Origin: an uncultured Collinsella sp. | GTDB lineage: Bacteria; Actinomycetota; Coriobacteriia; Coriobacteriales; Coriobacteriaceae | Length of the DNA stretch: 64,000 nt | NCBI GenBank assembly: GCA_958348985.1 | Contig: CATWBG010000005.1 | Coordinates: 20,465-84,464, forward strand | Direction of reading: 5' to 3' | Shown here: positions 49,991-58,652 of the stretch, one piece after another | Layout: each line of letters begins with the position of its first letter | Position numbering within the stretch: the first letter of the stretch is position 1 | The notes under the pieces: generated by a model | Told to the model about the DNA's origin: nothing | What the model saw: only the letters and a program-made list of their open reading frames with translations | Databases searched by the model: none | Translations under genes and position numbers: made by a program

Positions 49991-51943
49991 ATGACAACCG
50001 CCGATCCCAAAAAGAAAAAGAAGAAGCGTCGCAAGAAGGAGTCCCTCGAGCACAAGCGCAATCGCATCCTTGTGGCACTTGCAATCTTTGTCGCGGTATA
50101 CGCGATGGATGAACTGGGCGTCCTTGAACGCGCCTTTGGAAACCCCGGGGACATTTACGCAAGCTTCATGCTCTTCCTCGTGCCATTTGTCATCGCCGGC
50201 CATGACGTGCTCAAAAAAGCCTGGAACAACATTCGTCACGGCAAAGCATTTGACGAGAGCTTCCTCATGGCCGTGGCCACGCTCGGCGCTTTTGCTATGG
50301 TGTTTTTTCCAGACACCGACCCACACATGGCAGAGGGAGCAGCCGTTATGCTCTTTTACCAGGTGGGAGAGCTCTTCCAGGCCTACGCCGTAGGAAAGAG
50401 CCGCAAGTCTATCAGCTCCATGATGGATATCGCGCCCGATTATGCAAATATCGAAGATGCCGAAGGCAACCTTAAGCAGGTAGACCCCGACGAGGTGGCG
50501 TGTGGAAGCATCATCGTAATCAAGCCAGGCGAGCGCGTGCCCATCGATGGAACAATCGTTGAGGGTGCTACCCAGCTCGACACCGCCGCTCTCACCGGCG
50601 AATCCATCCCTCGTCATGCGGAAACGGGTACCGAGGTCGTCTCGGGCTGCATCAACATGACGGGTCTCATCAAGGTCAAGACTACCAAGCCCTTTGGCGA
50701 GTCCACTGTCTCGCGCATCCTTGAGCTTGTGGAGAACGCCAGCGAAAAGAAGGCGCGGACCGAAAACTTCATCACACGTTTTGCCCGCATTTACACGCCT
50801 GCCGTCACCGGCGCCGCGGCACTGCTCGCGGTGGGTGGCGGAGTCGTCACGGGGGCGTGGCCCGATTGGATTTTGCGCGGCCTCACCTTCTTGGTTGTCT
50901 CCTGCCCTTGCGCGCTCGTGATCAGCGTGCCTCTGAGCTTTTTTGGCGGCATCGGCGGCGCTTCCAAAATCGGCGTCCTGGTCAAGGGGTCGAACTACCT
51001 GGAGGCCCTTGCCGAAGTCGACACCGTAGTGTTCGATAAGACGGGTACGCTTACGCGCGGCACGTTTTCCGTCGCAGCGATTCATCCCGAAAACGGCTAC
51101 ACCGAGTCCTCCCTGCTCGAAATGGCAGCCCTTGCAGAATCCTTCTCCGATCACCCCATCGCTCAGTCTGTCCGCGCCGCCTACACGGGCGAACTGAACT
51201 CCAAGCGCGTCACGAATTCCGGCAATGACTCCGGCCACGGCATCTTTGCAACCATCGACGGCAAAAAGGTCATGGTGGGCAACGCAAAAATGCTTGCAAA
51301 GGCAGGCTTCACAGCGCCCGATTGCAAAATCGCGGGAACGATTCTCCACGTGCTGGTCGATGCCACCTACGCTGGCCATATCGTGATCGCCGACACCGTA
51401 AAAGACGACGCCAAGCAAACCATCAGCGACCTTCACGCCGCGGGAGTGCGCCGCTGCGTGATGCTCACAGGCGACCGCGAGGAGGTGGCAGCCGCAGTAT
51501 CCCGCGAGCTTTGCCTGGACGAATACCACGCGCAGCTCCTTCCTGGCGACAAGGTGGAACGCGTCGAAAAACTCCTCGCCAGTGAAGGTGCCAAACACAA
51601 GCTTGCCTTTGTGGGCGACGGTATCAACGACGCCCCGGTCCTCACGCGCGCTGACGTCGGTATCGCCATGGGCGCCATGGGTTCCGACGCGGCCATCGAA
51701 GCAGCCGATATCGTGCTGATGGACGACAAGCCCTCCAACATCGCGCGTGCCATGCGCATCGCACGCAAAACCATGGGTATCGTCTGGCAAAACATCGTGT
51801 TCGCCCTTGCGGTGAAGCTGCTGATCCTCGCGCTTGCAGCGCTGGGCATCGCCAACATGTGGCTTGCGGTCTTTGGCGACGTGGGAGTGGCAATCATAGC
51901 GATCTTAAACGCAATGCGCGCCATGAGCGTCAAGAGGGCTTAA
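49991..51943 (+). CDS. cadA: Cd/Zn/Pb-translocating P1B-2 ATPase lacking an N-terminal HMA
   Basis: TGES, SCPCAL, DKTGT, HP, GDGINDAP, K and D in terminal TMs (GDVG). Confidence 0.93.
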   Translation: MTTADPKKKKKKRRKKESLEHKRNRILVALAIFVAVYAMDELGVLERAFGNPGDIYASFMLFLVPFVIAGHDVLKKAWNNIRHGKAFDESFLMAVATLGAFAMVFFPDTDPHMAEGAAVMLFYQVGELFQAYAVGKSRKSISSMMDIAPDYANIEDAEGNLKQVDPDEVACGSIIVIKPGERVPIDGTIVEGATQLDTAALTGESIPRHAETGTEVVSGCINMTGLIKVKTTKPFGESTVSRILELVENASEKKARTENFITRFARIYTPAVTGAAALLAVGGGVVTGAWPDWILRGLTFLVVSCPCALVISVPLSFFGGIGGASKIGVLVKGSNYLEALAEVDTVVFDKTGTLTRGTFSVAAIHPENGYTESSLLEMAALAESFSDHPIAQSVRAAYTGELNSKRVTNSGNDSGHGIFATIDGKKVMVGNAKMLAKAGFTAPDCKIAGTILHVLVDATYAGHIVIADTVKDDAKQTISDLHAAGVRRCVMLTGDREEVAAAVSRELCLDEYHAQLLPGDKVERVEKLLASEGAKHKLAFVGDGINDAPVLTRADVGIAMGAMGSDAAIEAADIVLMDDKPSNIARAMRIARKTMGIVWQNIVFALAVKLLILALAALGIANMWLAVFGDVGVAIIAILNAMRAMSVKRA

Positions 51944-52092
51944 AGGTCCCAACGCCAAGGGGCCGGCATTTCCCTCCCTCGCCGGTCCTCGCTTCGCTGC
52001 GGAATCGCTCGGGAGAGAGTGCCGACTCCCGGCTGCGGGGACGCGCTCCATGCGTTCGCGGCTTGCTCCCGAGATTCAGGGACTAATAATCA

Positions 52093-52131
52093 AAAAAGGA
52101 GCGGCGACGTTGCACCAACGTCGCCGCTCCT
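52093..52131 (-). terminator. Intrinsic terminator of the FKBP gene
   Basis: aggagcggcgacgttg-cac-caacgtcgccgctcct preceded by an A run on the + strand. Confidence 0.8.
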
Positions 52132-52152
52132 ACTCGTTTTATCTGAGTTGAA

Positions 52153-52581
52153 TTAGCCCAAGACCTCTACGAGCTCGATCTCGAAGTTGAGGTCCTTGCC
52201 GGCCATCTCATGGTTGGCGTCGATCTTGACGCCCTCGGGGGTCACCTCGACAACCGTAACAGGAACGGGCTGACCGCCGGCGCCGGAAAGCGCGAGCTTA
52301 TCACCCACATGAATCTGGTCGATATTGGGCACCTGCGCAGCGGGGAAGAACATGACCAGGTCCTCGCGACGCTCGCCATAGGCCTCGGCACACGGAATAT
52401 GGACGGTCTTCTTCTCACCCACCTCCATGTCCTTCACGGCGGCATCAAAGCCGGGAATCATCTGGTGGGCGCAGCAGGTGAACTCCAACGGCTCGCCACG
52501 ATCGTAGGAGCTATCGAACTGGGTGCCGTCGTCCAGCGTACCGCGGTAGTGGGCGCGCACCTTCTTGCCTTCGTTTGACAT
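52153..52581 (-). CDS. FKBP-type peptidyl-prolyl isomerase (SlyD/SlpA-like)
   Basis: HYRGTLDDG.QFDSS, IPGFD, AYG, DANH.MAGKDLNFEIEL. Confidence 0.95.
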   Translation of the reverse strand: MSNEGKKVRAHYRGTLDDGTQFDSSYDRGEPLEFTCCAHQMIPGFDAAVKDMEVGEKKTVHIPCAEAYGERREDLVMFFPAAQVPNIDQIHVGDKLALSGAGGQPVPVTVVEVTPEGVKIDANHEMAGKDLNFEIELVEVLG

Positions 52582-52744
52582 ATCGTCCTCGTTTCAGTGA
52601 AAACTCGATTTTGCCCGCCGGAGCGAACACGTAGGGTCAACTATACCCCAAACCGTATGCCGCAATCCGACCTATCGGACGAGCGCAGCCTGCACGTAGA
52701 CGTGTAGAATGAACAAGACGAAAAACGCACCAACAGGAGGCTTC

Positions 52745-53761
52745 ATGTCTATTCCCATACTCGATTTGCATTGCGACACCGCCGATCGCTTGGCCTGGCA
52801 AACCATCGATCGCGAACTTAAAACTGTCTCGGGAGACGAATTCTTCACCCCGGATGACGCCAAATGCCCCGAGCGCTACTTCTCCCTTAAGGACAACGAC
52901 TGCGCTATCTCGATCGACATGGCCGAGGGCACTCCCTGGGCGCAGTGCTTTGCCACCTTCGTCCCCGACTGCTTTTCCCCCGAGCAATCTTTGCGTTTCC
53001 ACGCGCAGGTCATGGCGCACATCAGCGCTCAGACTAATCTCAACCACGCCCAGGCAACCGAGGTGCACACCGTAAGCGACATTCGCCCCGCCCTTGAACA
53101 GGGCCGATTCGCTTGCACCCACACGATCGAGAACGCGCGCATGTTCGCGCACGACCTCAACCTCATCGAGGCCCTCAAACGTGCCGGCGTGCTCATGGCC
53201 TCCCTTACGTGGAACGCCGCGGGCCCGCTTGCCAGTGGTCACGATACCCACGCGGGCCTCACCGACCTCGGTCGCCAGGCCATTGCCGAAATGGAACGCT
53301 GCGGCATGGTGCTCGATGTCTCGCATCTCAACGATGAATGCTTTGACGAGGTAGCGGCCCTTGCCAAGCGCCCCTTCGTAGCAAGCCACTCCAATTCGCG
53401 TGCCATCTGCGGTCACGTGCGTAACCTCACCGACCAGCAGTTCCAAGTTATCCGCGACGCCGGCGGTGTCGTGGGCCTCAACTATTGCAATGGCTTCTTG
53501 GTCGATGGCGCCAATAAAGATACGTCGGCCGAACTGGTCACCTTTGACGCCACCGCACGCCACATCGAGCACTGGCTCGAGCTGGGCGGCGAAGATGTCA
53601 TCGCGCTTGGTGGCGACCTCGACGGAGCCGATGTGCCCGAGTACGTGGCAGATGCCTCTAAGTTCCCCGCATTCCAGCAGATGCTTGTCGAACGTTTTGG
53701 CGAAACGATCACGCGCAAGCTTTGCTTTGAGAACGCGCTGTCCTTCTTCGAACGCTTCTAG
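52745..53761 (+). CDS. Membrane dipeptidase family (M19) protein
   Basis: DLHCD, IEN, LTWN, DVSH, ASHSN, RNLTD, GGDLDG. Confidence 0.92.
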   Translation: MSIPILDLHCDTADRLAWQTIDRELKTVSGDEFFTPDDAKCPERYFSLKDNDCAISIDMAEGTPWAQCFATFVPDCFSPEQSLRFHAQVMAHISAQTNLNHAQATEVHTVSDIRPALEQGRFACTHTIENARMFAHDLNLIEALKRAGVLMASLTWNAAGPLASGHDTHAGLTDLGRQAIAEMERCGMVLDVSHLNDECFDEVAALAKRPFVASHSNSRAICGHVRNLTDQQFQVIRDAGGVVGLNYCNGFLVDGANKDTSAELVTFDATARHIEHWLELGGEDVIALGGDLDGADVPEYVADASKFPAFQQMLVERFGETITRKLCFENALSFFERF

Positions 53762-53869
53762 GTCACGGCCCCATCCAAATAACAAAGCGGGCACGGGATG
53801 CACTGAGTTACATCCTGCGCCCGCACTTCTTTAGCGATTGAGCACTAACCTTGTACTAAGGCGACGTAT

Positions 53870-54934
53870 CTACAGCCCAAGCCTCGTGTCGATAAGATCT
53901 GCCAGCACTTCGCCCAGATCATGTCCGGCAACGCGCATCATCTGTGGGAAGCGACTGTAATACGTCATGCCGGGCGTAGAGTTGACCTCATTGAACACGA
54001 CCTCGCCCTCGGGTGTGACAAACAAGTCCACACGTGCAAAACCCGAGCAGTTGAGAGCCTCATATACCGTACGCCCCACCTGACGTACGCGCTCGAGCAC
54101 ATCTGCGGGGAGCTCGGACGGGCAACGGAGCTCGGTATTGGCACCCGGGTCTTTTTCCAGATGGATGCGGAAGAAACCGTCACCATGAACGACGATCTCG
54201 TCCACCTCGCCCATGCGTACGCCATGAACAGCATCACCCACGACGGCACAACCGACCTCGACACCGGTGATGTTCTCCTCAACGGCAACCTTCTCATCGA
54301 GCGCGAAAGCAGCGTCGAGTGCCTTACGATACTCATCTGCATCGTTTGCTTTGGAGACGCCGATCGAGCTGCCGCCACGAGCGGGCTTCACGAAGACGGG
54401 GTATCCGCCGCACTTCTCCACTACGGCAGCCTCGTCCTCGGCAGTAGCGCCGCGGTAGAGCACTTCGCACGTCGGCGAGCGCACGCCGGCCGCCGCAGCA
54501 AGGCGATGGCTCGCATCCTTATCCATGCACACAGCGCTCGCAAGCACGCCACAGCCCACATAGGGAACGCCGCAAACCTCAAGTGCGCCCTGAACGGTGC
54601 CGTCCTCGCCGCCCTGACCATGCAGGACAGGAAGAGCAACATCGATCTCGAGCTCGCGAAACTCTCCGTCGACAAGCTCGAGAAAGCCGCCGCGGGCATC
54701 GGGTGCGCTGCCAGGAACCAGCACTACGGGAGCACAATCATGCTCCTCCCAGGCACCCGTCACCACATCGGCAAGATCGCCCGTGTAATGGAACCAGGAA
54801 CCGTTGCGATCGATGCCGATCAGCACCGGGCAGAAGCGCCTGGAATCGAGCGCGGCGATAACGTTATCGGCAGACTTAAGGGAGATATCGTGCTCGGTAG
54901 AGATGCCTCCGAACAGGATGGCGACGTTGATCAT
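53870..54934 (-). CDS. D-Ala-D-X ligase with Van-like features
   Basis: FGG.S.EHD.S, LHG.GGEDG, MDK, KPARGGSS.G, RVD, NEVN..PG; omega loop GFFRIHLE. Confidence 0.92.
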   Translation of the reverse strand: MINVAILFGGISTEHDISLKSADNVIAALDSRRFCPVLIGIDRNGSWFHYTGDLADVVTGAWEEHDCAPVVLVPGSAPDARGGFLELVDGEFRELEIDVALPVLHGQGGEDGTVQGALEVCGVPYVGCGVLASAVCMDKDASHRLAAAAGVRSPTCEVLYRGATAEDEAAVVEKCGGYPVFVKPARGGSSIGVSKANDADEYRKALDAAFALDEKVAVEENITGVEVGCAVVGDAVHGVRMGEVDEIVVHGDGFFRIHLEKDPGANTELRCPSELPADVLERVRQVGRTVYEALNCSGFARVDLFVTPEGEVVFNEVNSTPGMTYYSRFPQMMRVAGHDLGEVLADLIDTRLGL

Positions 54935-55051
54935 GGGGATTGTCCTCTCTCGCAGCGACGCCCGTGGGCGCACTTGTTCACGAGGCCCTATTATAAGCAT
55001 CGTCGCCAAAGATGGCGCATCGTCTCATAAACGCTAGAATGACAAACGCTT

Positions 55052-55768
55052 ATGAATCGGCTGAAAGGAGAGGGCGTGAAGCTTGGCTCGCATTGCGTTC
55101 ATCACGCCGGGCGCGATGTACCCGTTCTTGTCGAGCGCAAGCGCGTCAAGAACTTCAATTTGCATGTCCGTGCCGACGCAAGCGTCTTTTGCAGCGTCCC
55201 AAACGCAGCGAGCAGCAAGCAAATCAATGACTTTCTCACCCGACATGCGTCCTGGATTGTGCAGCACGTCGTGCGCGCCGAGCAGGCAGCGCGCACGCAA
55301 CCACGGCGCGACGAACCAACCTGCGACGGTCTCATCCCCCTCTGGGGCGAACTTGTAGACGCGGCTGAGGCCATTCCCAACGCAGCTACGCTCCAACAGC
55401 TCTATCGCTTGGAGTTGGAAAAGGCGCTGCCACGTATCGTAGGGCGCATCGAGGCAACCATGGGCATACACGCCGAGCGATGGAGCCTCCGGACCATGAA
55501 GTCGCGCTGGGGCTCATGCACACCTGCGCGCAAGACAATCCGCATCAATACGCAGCTCGCCGCCTACCCGCCCCTCTGCTTGGAGATGGTCGTCACCCAC
55601 GAGCTCGTGCACCTGATGGAGCCCAGCCATAACGCCCGGTTCCACGCCTTGCTCGACGCCTATTGCCCCAGCAATCGAGAGGCTTCGCGCATCCTCAGGA
55701 AATCCCCGCTCGAAGCCGCAAACATGACGCGGGGCGCCGAGCTCAATTGCTGCAGCGCCCCGCGGTAG
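55052..55768 (+). CDS. YgjP/DUF45 (M48-like) zinc metallohydrolase
   Basis: MKSRWGSC, HELVH, HN.RF. Confidence 0.88.
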   Translation: MNRLKGEGVKLGSHCVHHAGRDVPVLVERKRVKNFNLHVRADASVFCSVPNAASSKQINDFLTRHASWIVQHVVRAEQAARTQPRRDEPTCDGLIPLWGELVDAAEAIPNAATLQQLYRLELEKALPRIVGRIEATMGIHAERWSLRTMKSRWGSCTPARKTIRINTQLAAYPPLCLEMVVTHELVHLMEPSHNARFHALLDAYCPSNREASRILRKSPLEAANMTRGAELNCCSAPR

Positions 55769-55778
55769 GTAGCCTGTT

Positions 55779-56153
55779 TTACTCAGTGTATCCTATCGAT
55801 AGACGTTCAAGTAGTTGTAGACAAACGCATCCCCATTCTTCTCGAAGTCGGAAAGATCGGTGTAGACGCCGTAGCAGGAGCCCTCCTCCGGTAACCCAGC
55901 AGCCGGTGGTCACAACAGAGCAGCTCTTCTTATCGGACGAAAGCTTGCTGTCAAACGCGGCTCCACCGTCGTCATCGTCGCGCGCAACACCGCAACGCGG
56001 CGCGATGGTCTGATCTTCTAGCTCAAAGCGAACGGAAGAAACGTCGTTGTCGCTATCGATATGCGCACTGACCGTACATGTTGCCTCGGAGACGAAAAAA
56101 CGATTTTGGATGGCCGCCACAGCTGTCGCGGCAAGTTGGTGCAAACATGGCAT
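55779..56153 (-). pseudogene. Possible frameshifted gene remnant
   Basis: The 124-aa ORF has a poor C-terminus, while another frame near 55890-55796 reads LPEEGSCYGVYTDLSDFEKNGDAFVYNYLNVYR*. Confidence 0.3.
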
Positions 56154-56314
56154 ACCCCCATATCACGATCGGGTCTTGCCAGGGCTACCGCATACGCACC
56201 GCTGCGGCCCTGCTTCACCTCTACAGGTACAAAGGTATAATCGGCATGCGTCGAACAGCAAACCCCTGCACACCAAATGATGTACAGGGGTTTCAAACAC
56301 ATGCCTGAACTTCG

Positions 56315-56803
56315 CTAGCGCAAGCGCTCAATTTCCACGCCGCAAGAGGCAAGCGGCAGGCCTACGGGTGCCCAGGGCTTTTCGACCTTCACACGCACAC
56401 CCAGGAGCAACGGATAACGTGCGAGCAAGGTCTGTGCCACACCCTCTGCCGCCGCTTCGATGAGCTTGAACGTATGCCCTCGCATGTAGCTGTCCACATC
56501 GTGGCAGACAGCGCCATAATCGACCGACGTACTCAGGTCGTCGCCCTCCCCCGCCGCATGCAAATCGGCGTAGAGCACCAGAGAAACGACAAATTTCTGC
56601 CCCAGGGTATTTTCCTCGGGGTACACGCCGTGATTGGCAAAAACCTCAAGACCGTCAATCAGGATGCGATCGGCACGAGAAATCTGATCGGAGGTCGCAC
56701 GAACGATCGAGGTTCGCGTCGCCGGGACATTCGCGCCATCGCGGCGCGCAAGCTTTGCCCCTTCAATCGGCGTTGTGCTATCGGGCAATTTCTTGCTACT
56801 CAT
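56315..56803 (-). CDS. folB: Dihydroneopterin aldolase with N-terminal extension
   Basis: DRI.I.GLE..A.HGV.PEE..LGQ.F, SVDYG, LIE, V.KP.AP. Confidence 0.92.
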   Translation of the reverse strand: MSSKKLPDSTTPIEGAKLARRDGANVPATRTSIVRATSDQISRADRILIDGLEVFANHGVYPEENTLGQKFVVSLVLYADLHAAGEGDDLSTSVDYGAVCHDVDSYMRGHTFKLIEAAAEGVAQTLLARYPLLLGVRVKVEKPWAPVGLPLASCGVEIERLR

Positions 56804-56835
56804 GCGAATCACTCCTCCAATGCGGTTCGCATCGG

Positions 56836-57366
56836 CTAGACACGCACCGCCCTGTTTTTCTTCTCTTCCGGCCAATAGCAGGTAGCACAAGCGGAGCACG
56901 CGAAGCAAGGACGTGACCGATGGTCGGCCTCGGCAATCACGCAGGCCAAACGACTTGACAGAGAGGAAAGCTCGCACGATGCCGCATCGGCGTCGTCGGC
57001 ACGGTGGCTTCGCACCGCCTTGACGATTGCCTCCGCCTCGGCGGAAGAGAATCTCTGTTCAGCCACTACCGTACCCAAAATCCGGCGCGCTATCTCAACG
57101 CCCGCCACATCATGGGAAATGCCCTCGGAATATTCAGCAGCGCGACCGATGTCATGCAAAAGCGCCGCAGCGTAGACAACGTCCCGGGCAAGACCGAAGC
57201 CACCTTCGAGGTTGATAATCCACGCCGTACGCGCCACATCCAACAGGTGGGACAAACCGTGCCTGCAGTAGACGCGCTGCGTCTCCGCTGCTTCGATGAC
57301 AGCCAGGTTTTCTTGAAATAGGGGGTTTGCCCAAATTGCGTCGACCCGCGGCATGCTCGCAAGCAA
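56836..57366 (-). CDS. HD-domain phosphohydrolase
   Basis: CRH...HLLDVAR, LLHDIGR, HR, AD..SR.CF.C...C.W. Confidence 0.88.
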   Translation of the reverse strand: MLASMPRVDAIWANPLFQENLAVIEAAETQRVYCRHGLSHLLDVARTAWIINLEGGFGLARDVVYAAALLHDIGRAAEYSEGISHDVAGVEIARRILGTVVAEQRFSSAEAEAIVKAVRSHRADDADAASCELSSLSSRLACVIAEADHRSRPCFACSACATCYWPEEKKNRAVRV

Positions 57367-57368
57367 CG

Positions 57369-57926
57369 TTAGCGCTCCAGCATGCGGAAGAAACGCTCCT
57401 CGAGGGCGGGATCGCTCTCAAAACAACCGCGTCGCGCAAGCGTCACCGTGGTAGTGCCGAGCTTCTGCACGCCACGCATGGTCATACACATATGCTCTGC
57501 TTCGATACGGACGATCGCGCCCTCGGGAGCCAAATGCTCCATCAACGCATCGGCAATCTGCGCGGTAAGCTGCTCTTGCAGCTGTAAACGACGCGCATAG
57601 ACCTCGACCGTGCGTGCAAGCTTCGACAGCCCCGCCACGCGACCGCGCGGTATATAGCCAATGGCCACACGACCATAAAAGGGAAGCATGTGATGCTCGC
57701 ACATGGAGTAAAACGTGATGTCACGCTCGATCACCAGATCGTTCGAATTCACCGCAAAGGTGCGACTCAAATGCTCGGAGGCGTCCGACTCCATTCCGCC
57801 GGCAAGCTCCTCCCACATGCGCGCCACGCGATCGGGGGTTTCCACAAGACCCTCGCGCGTTGGGTCTTCACCGATTCCCTCGAGCAGCAGATGAATCGCT
57901 TCTTTTACCTTTTCCGAATCGACCAT
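57369..57926 (-). CDS. folE: GTP cyclohydrolase I
   Basis: REGL.ETP.RVA, SMCEHH, GLSKLAR, QE.LT, HMCM.MRG. Confidence 0.97.
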   Translation of the reverse strand: MVDSEKVKEAIHLLLEGIGEDPTREGLVETPDRVARMWEELAGGMESDASEHLSRTFAVNSNDLVIERDITFYSMCEHHMLPFYGRVAIGYIPRGRVAGLSKLARTVEVYARRLQLQEQLTAQIADALMEHLAPEGAIVRIEAEHMCMTMRGVQKLGTTTVTLARRGCFESDPALEERFFRMLER

Positions 57927-57937
57927 GGGGGCCTTTC

Positions 57938-58522
57938 CTACTTCATTGTATGGGTGCTATACACCGCTTCGTCATGCCAGAGCTCAACCGCATCTGCAAG
58001 GTTCACGCCCTCGGAGGCGGCACGGGCACGCGTCGCGTTCATGTCGATGATACGTTGATTGGACGATCCGCGAAAGCGCAGCGAGATGTCATGCAAATCC
58101 TGCACGAAAGGACCATCAACCAAGATATCAATGCACGCAAGCAGGCGATCCGTAACGTCGGTGCGATGCGCCCCGCCCGGCATGAGCGCATCAAGCGTGT
58201 CGCCCGTATAGCACCAGATGGTCTTGCCCGATTCGGCAGGATATGCCGCACGTACGCGCTCGACGAAGTCCACGAGGCCCATTTGGTTCTCCGGCTCCAT
58301 CGGTTCGCCGCCCAGCAGGGTAAGACCGTCGCAAAACGGATGATCGATGCTCGCGATGATCTGATCGGCAACCCCAGGCGTAAACGGGTCACCGGCAGCA
58401 AAATCCCATGCCACGGCATTAAAGCAATTCTTGCAGCCGCGGCGGCACCCGCTGACGAACAGCGTAGTACGAACCCCCTCGCCATTGGCGATATCAAAGT
58501 ATTTGATAGCCGAGTAATTCAC
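57938..58522 (-). CDS. nrdG: Anaerobic ribonucleotide reductase activase
   Basis: [15 protein letters not shown]...[21 protein letters not shown] start after GGAGG. Confidence 0.96.
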   Translation of the reverse strand: MNYSAIKYFDIANGEGVRTTLFVSGCRRGCKNCFNAVAWDFAAGDPFTPGVADQIIASIDHPFCDGLTLLGGEPMEPENQMGLVDFVERVRAAYPAESGKTIWCYTGDTLDALMPGGAHRTDVTDRLLACIDILVDGPFVQDLHDISLRFRGSSNQRIIDMNATRARAASEGVNLADAVELWHDEAVYSTHTMK

Positions 58523-58652
58523 ACTGCCTCCCCTAAAAAACGGCATCCGCCCTATGCTCATCGACCACACATCCTACAGATGAAAGAATGGGGCCGCAAA
58601 AACAGCCCCATCAATTCTTGCAGGCAGAAAGACCGCACCTCAGCGCAATCTC

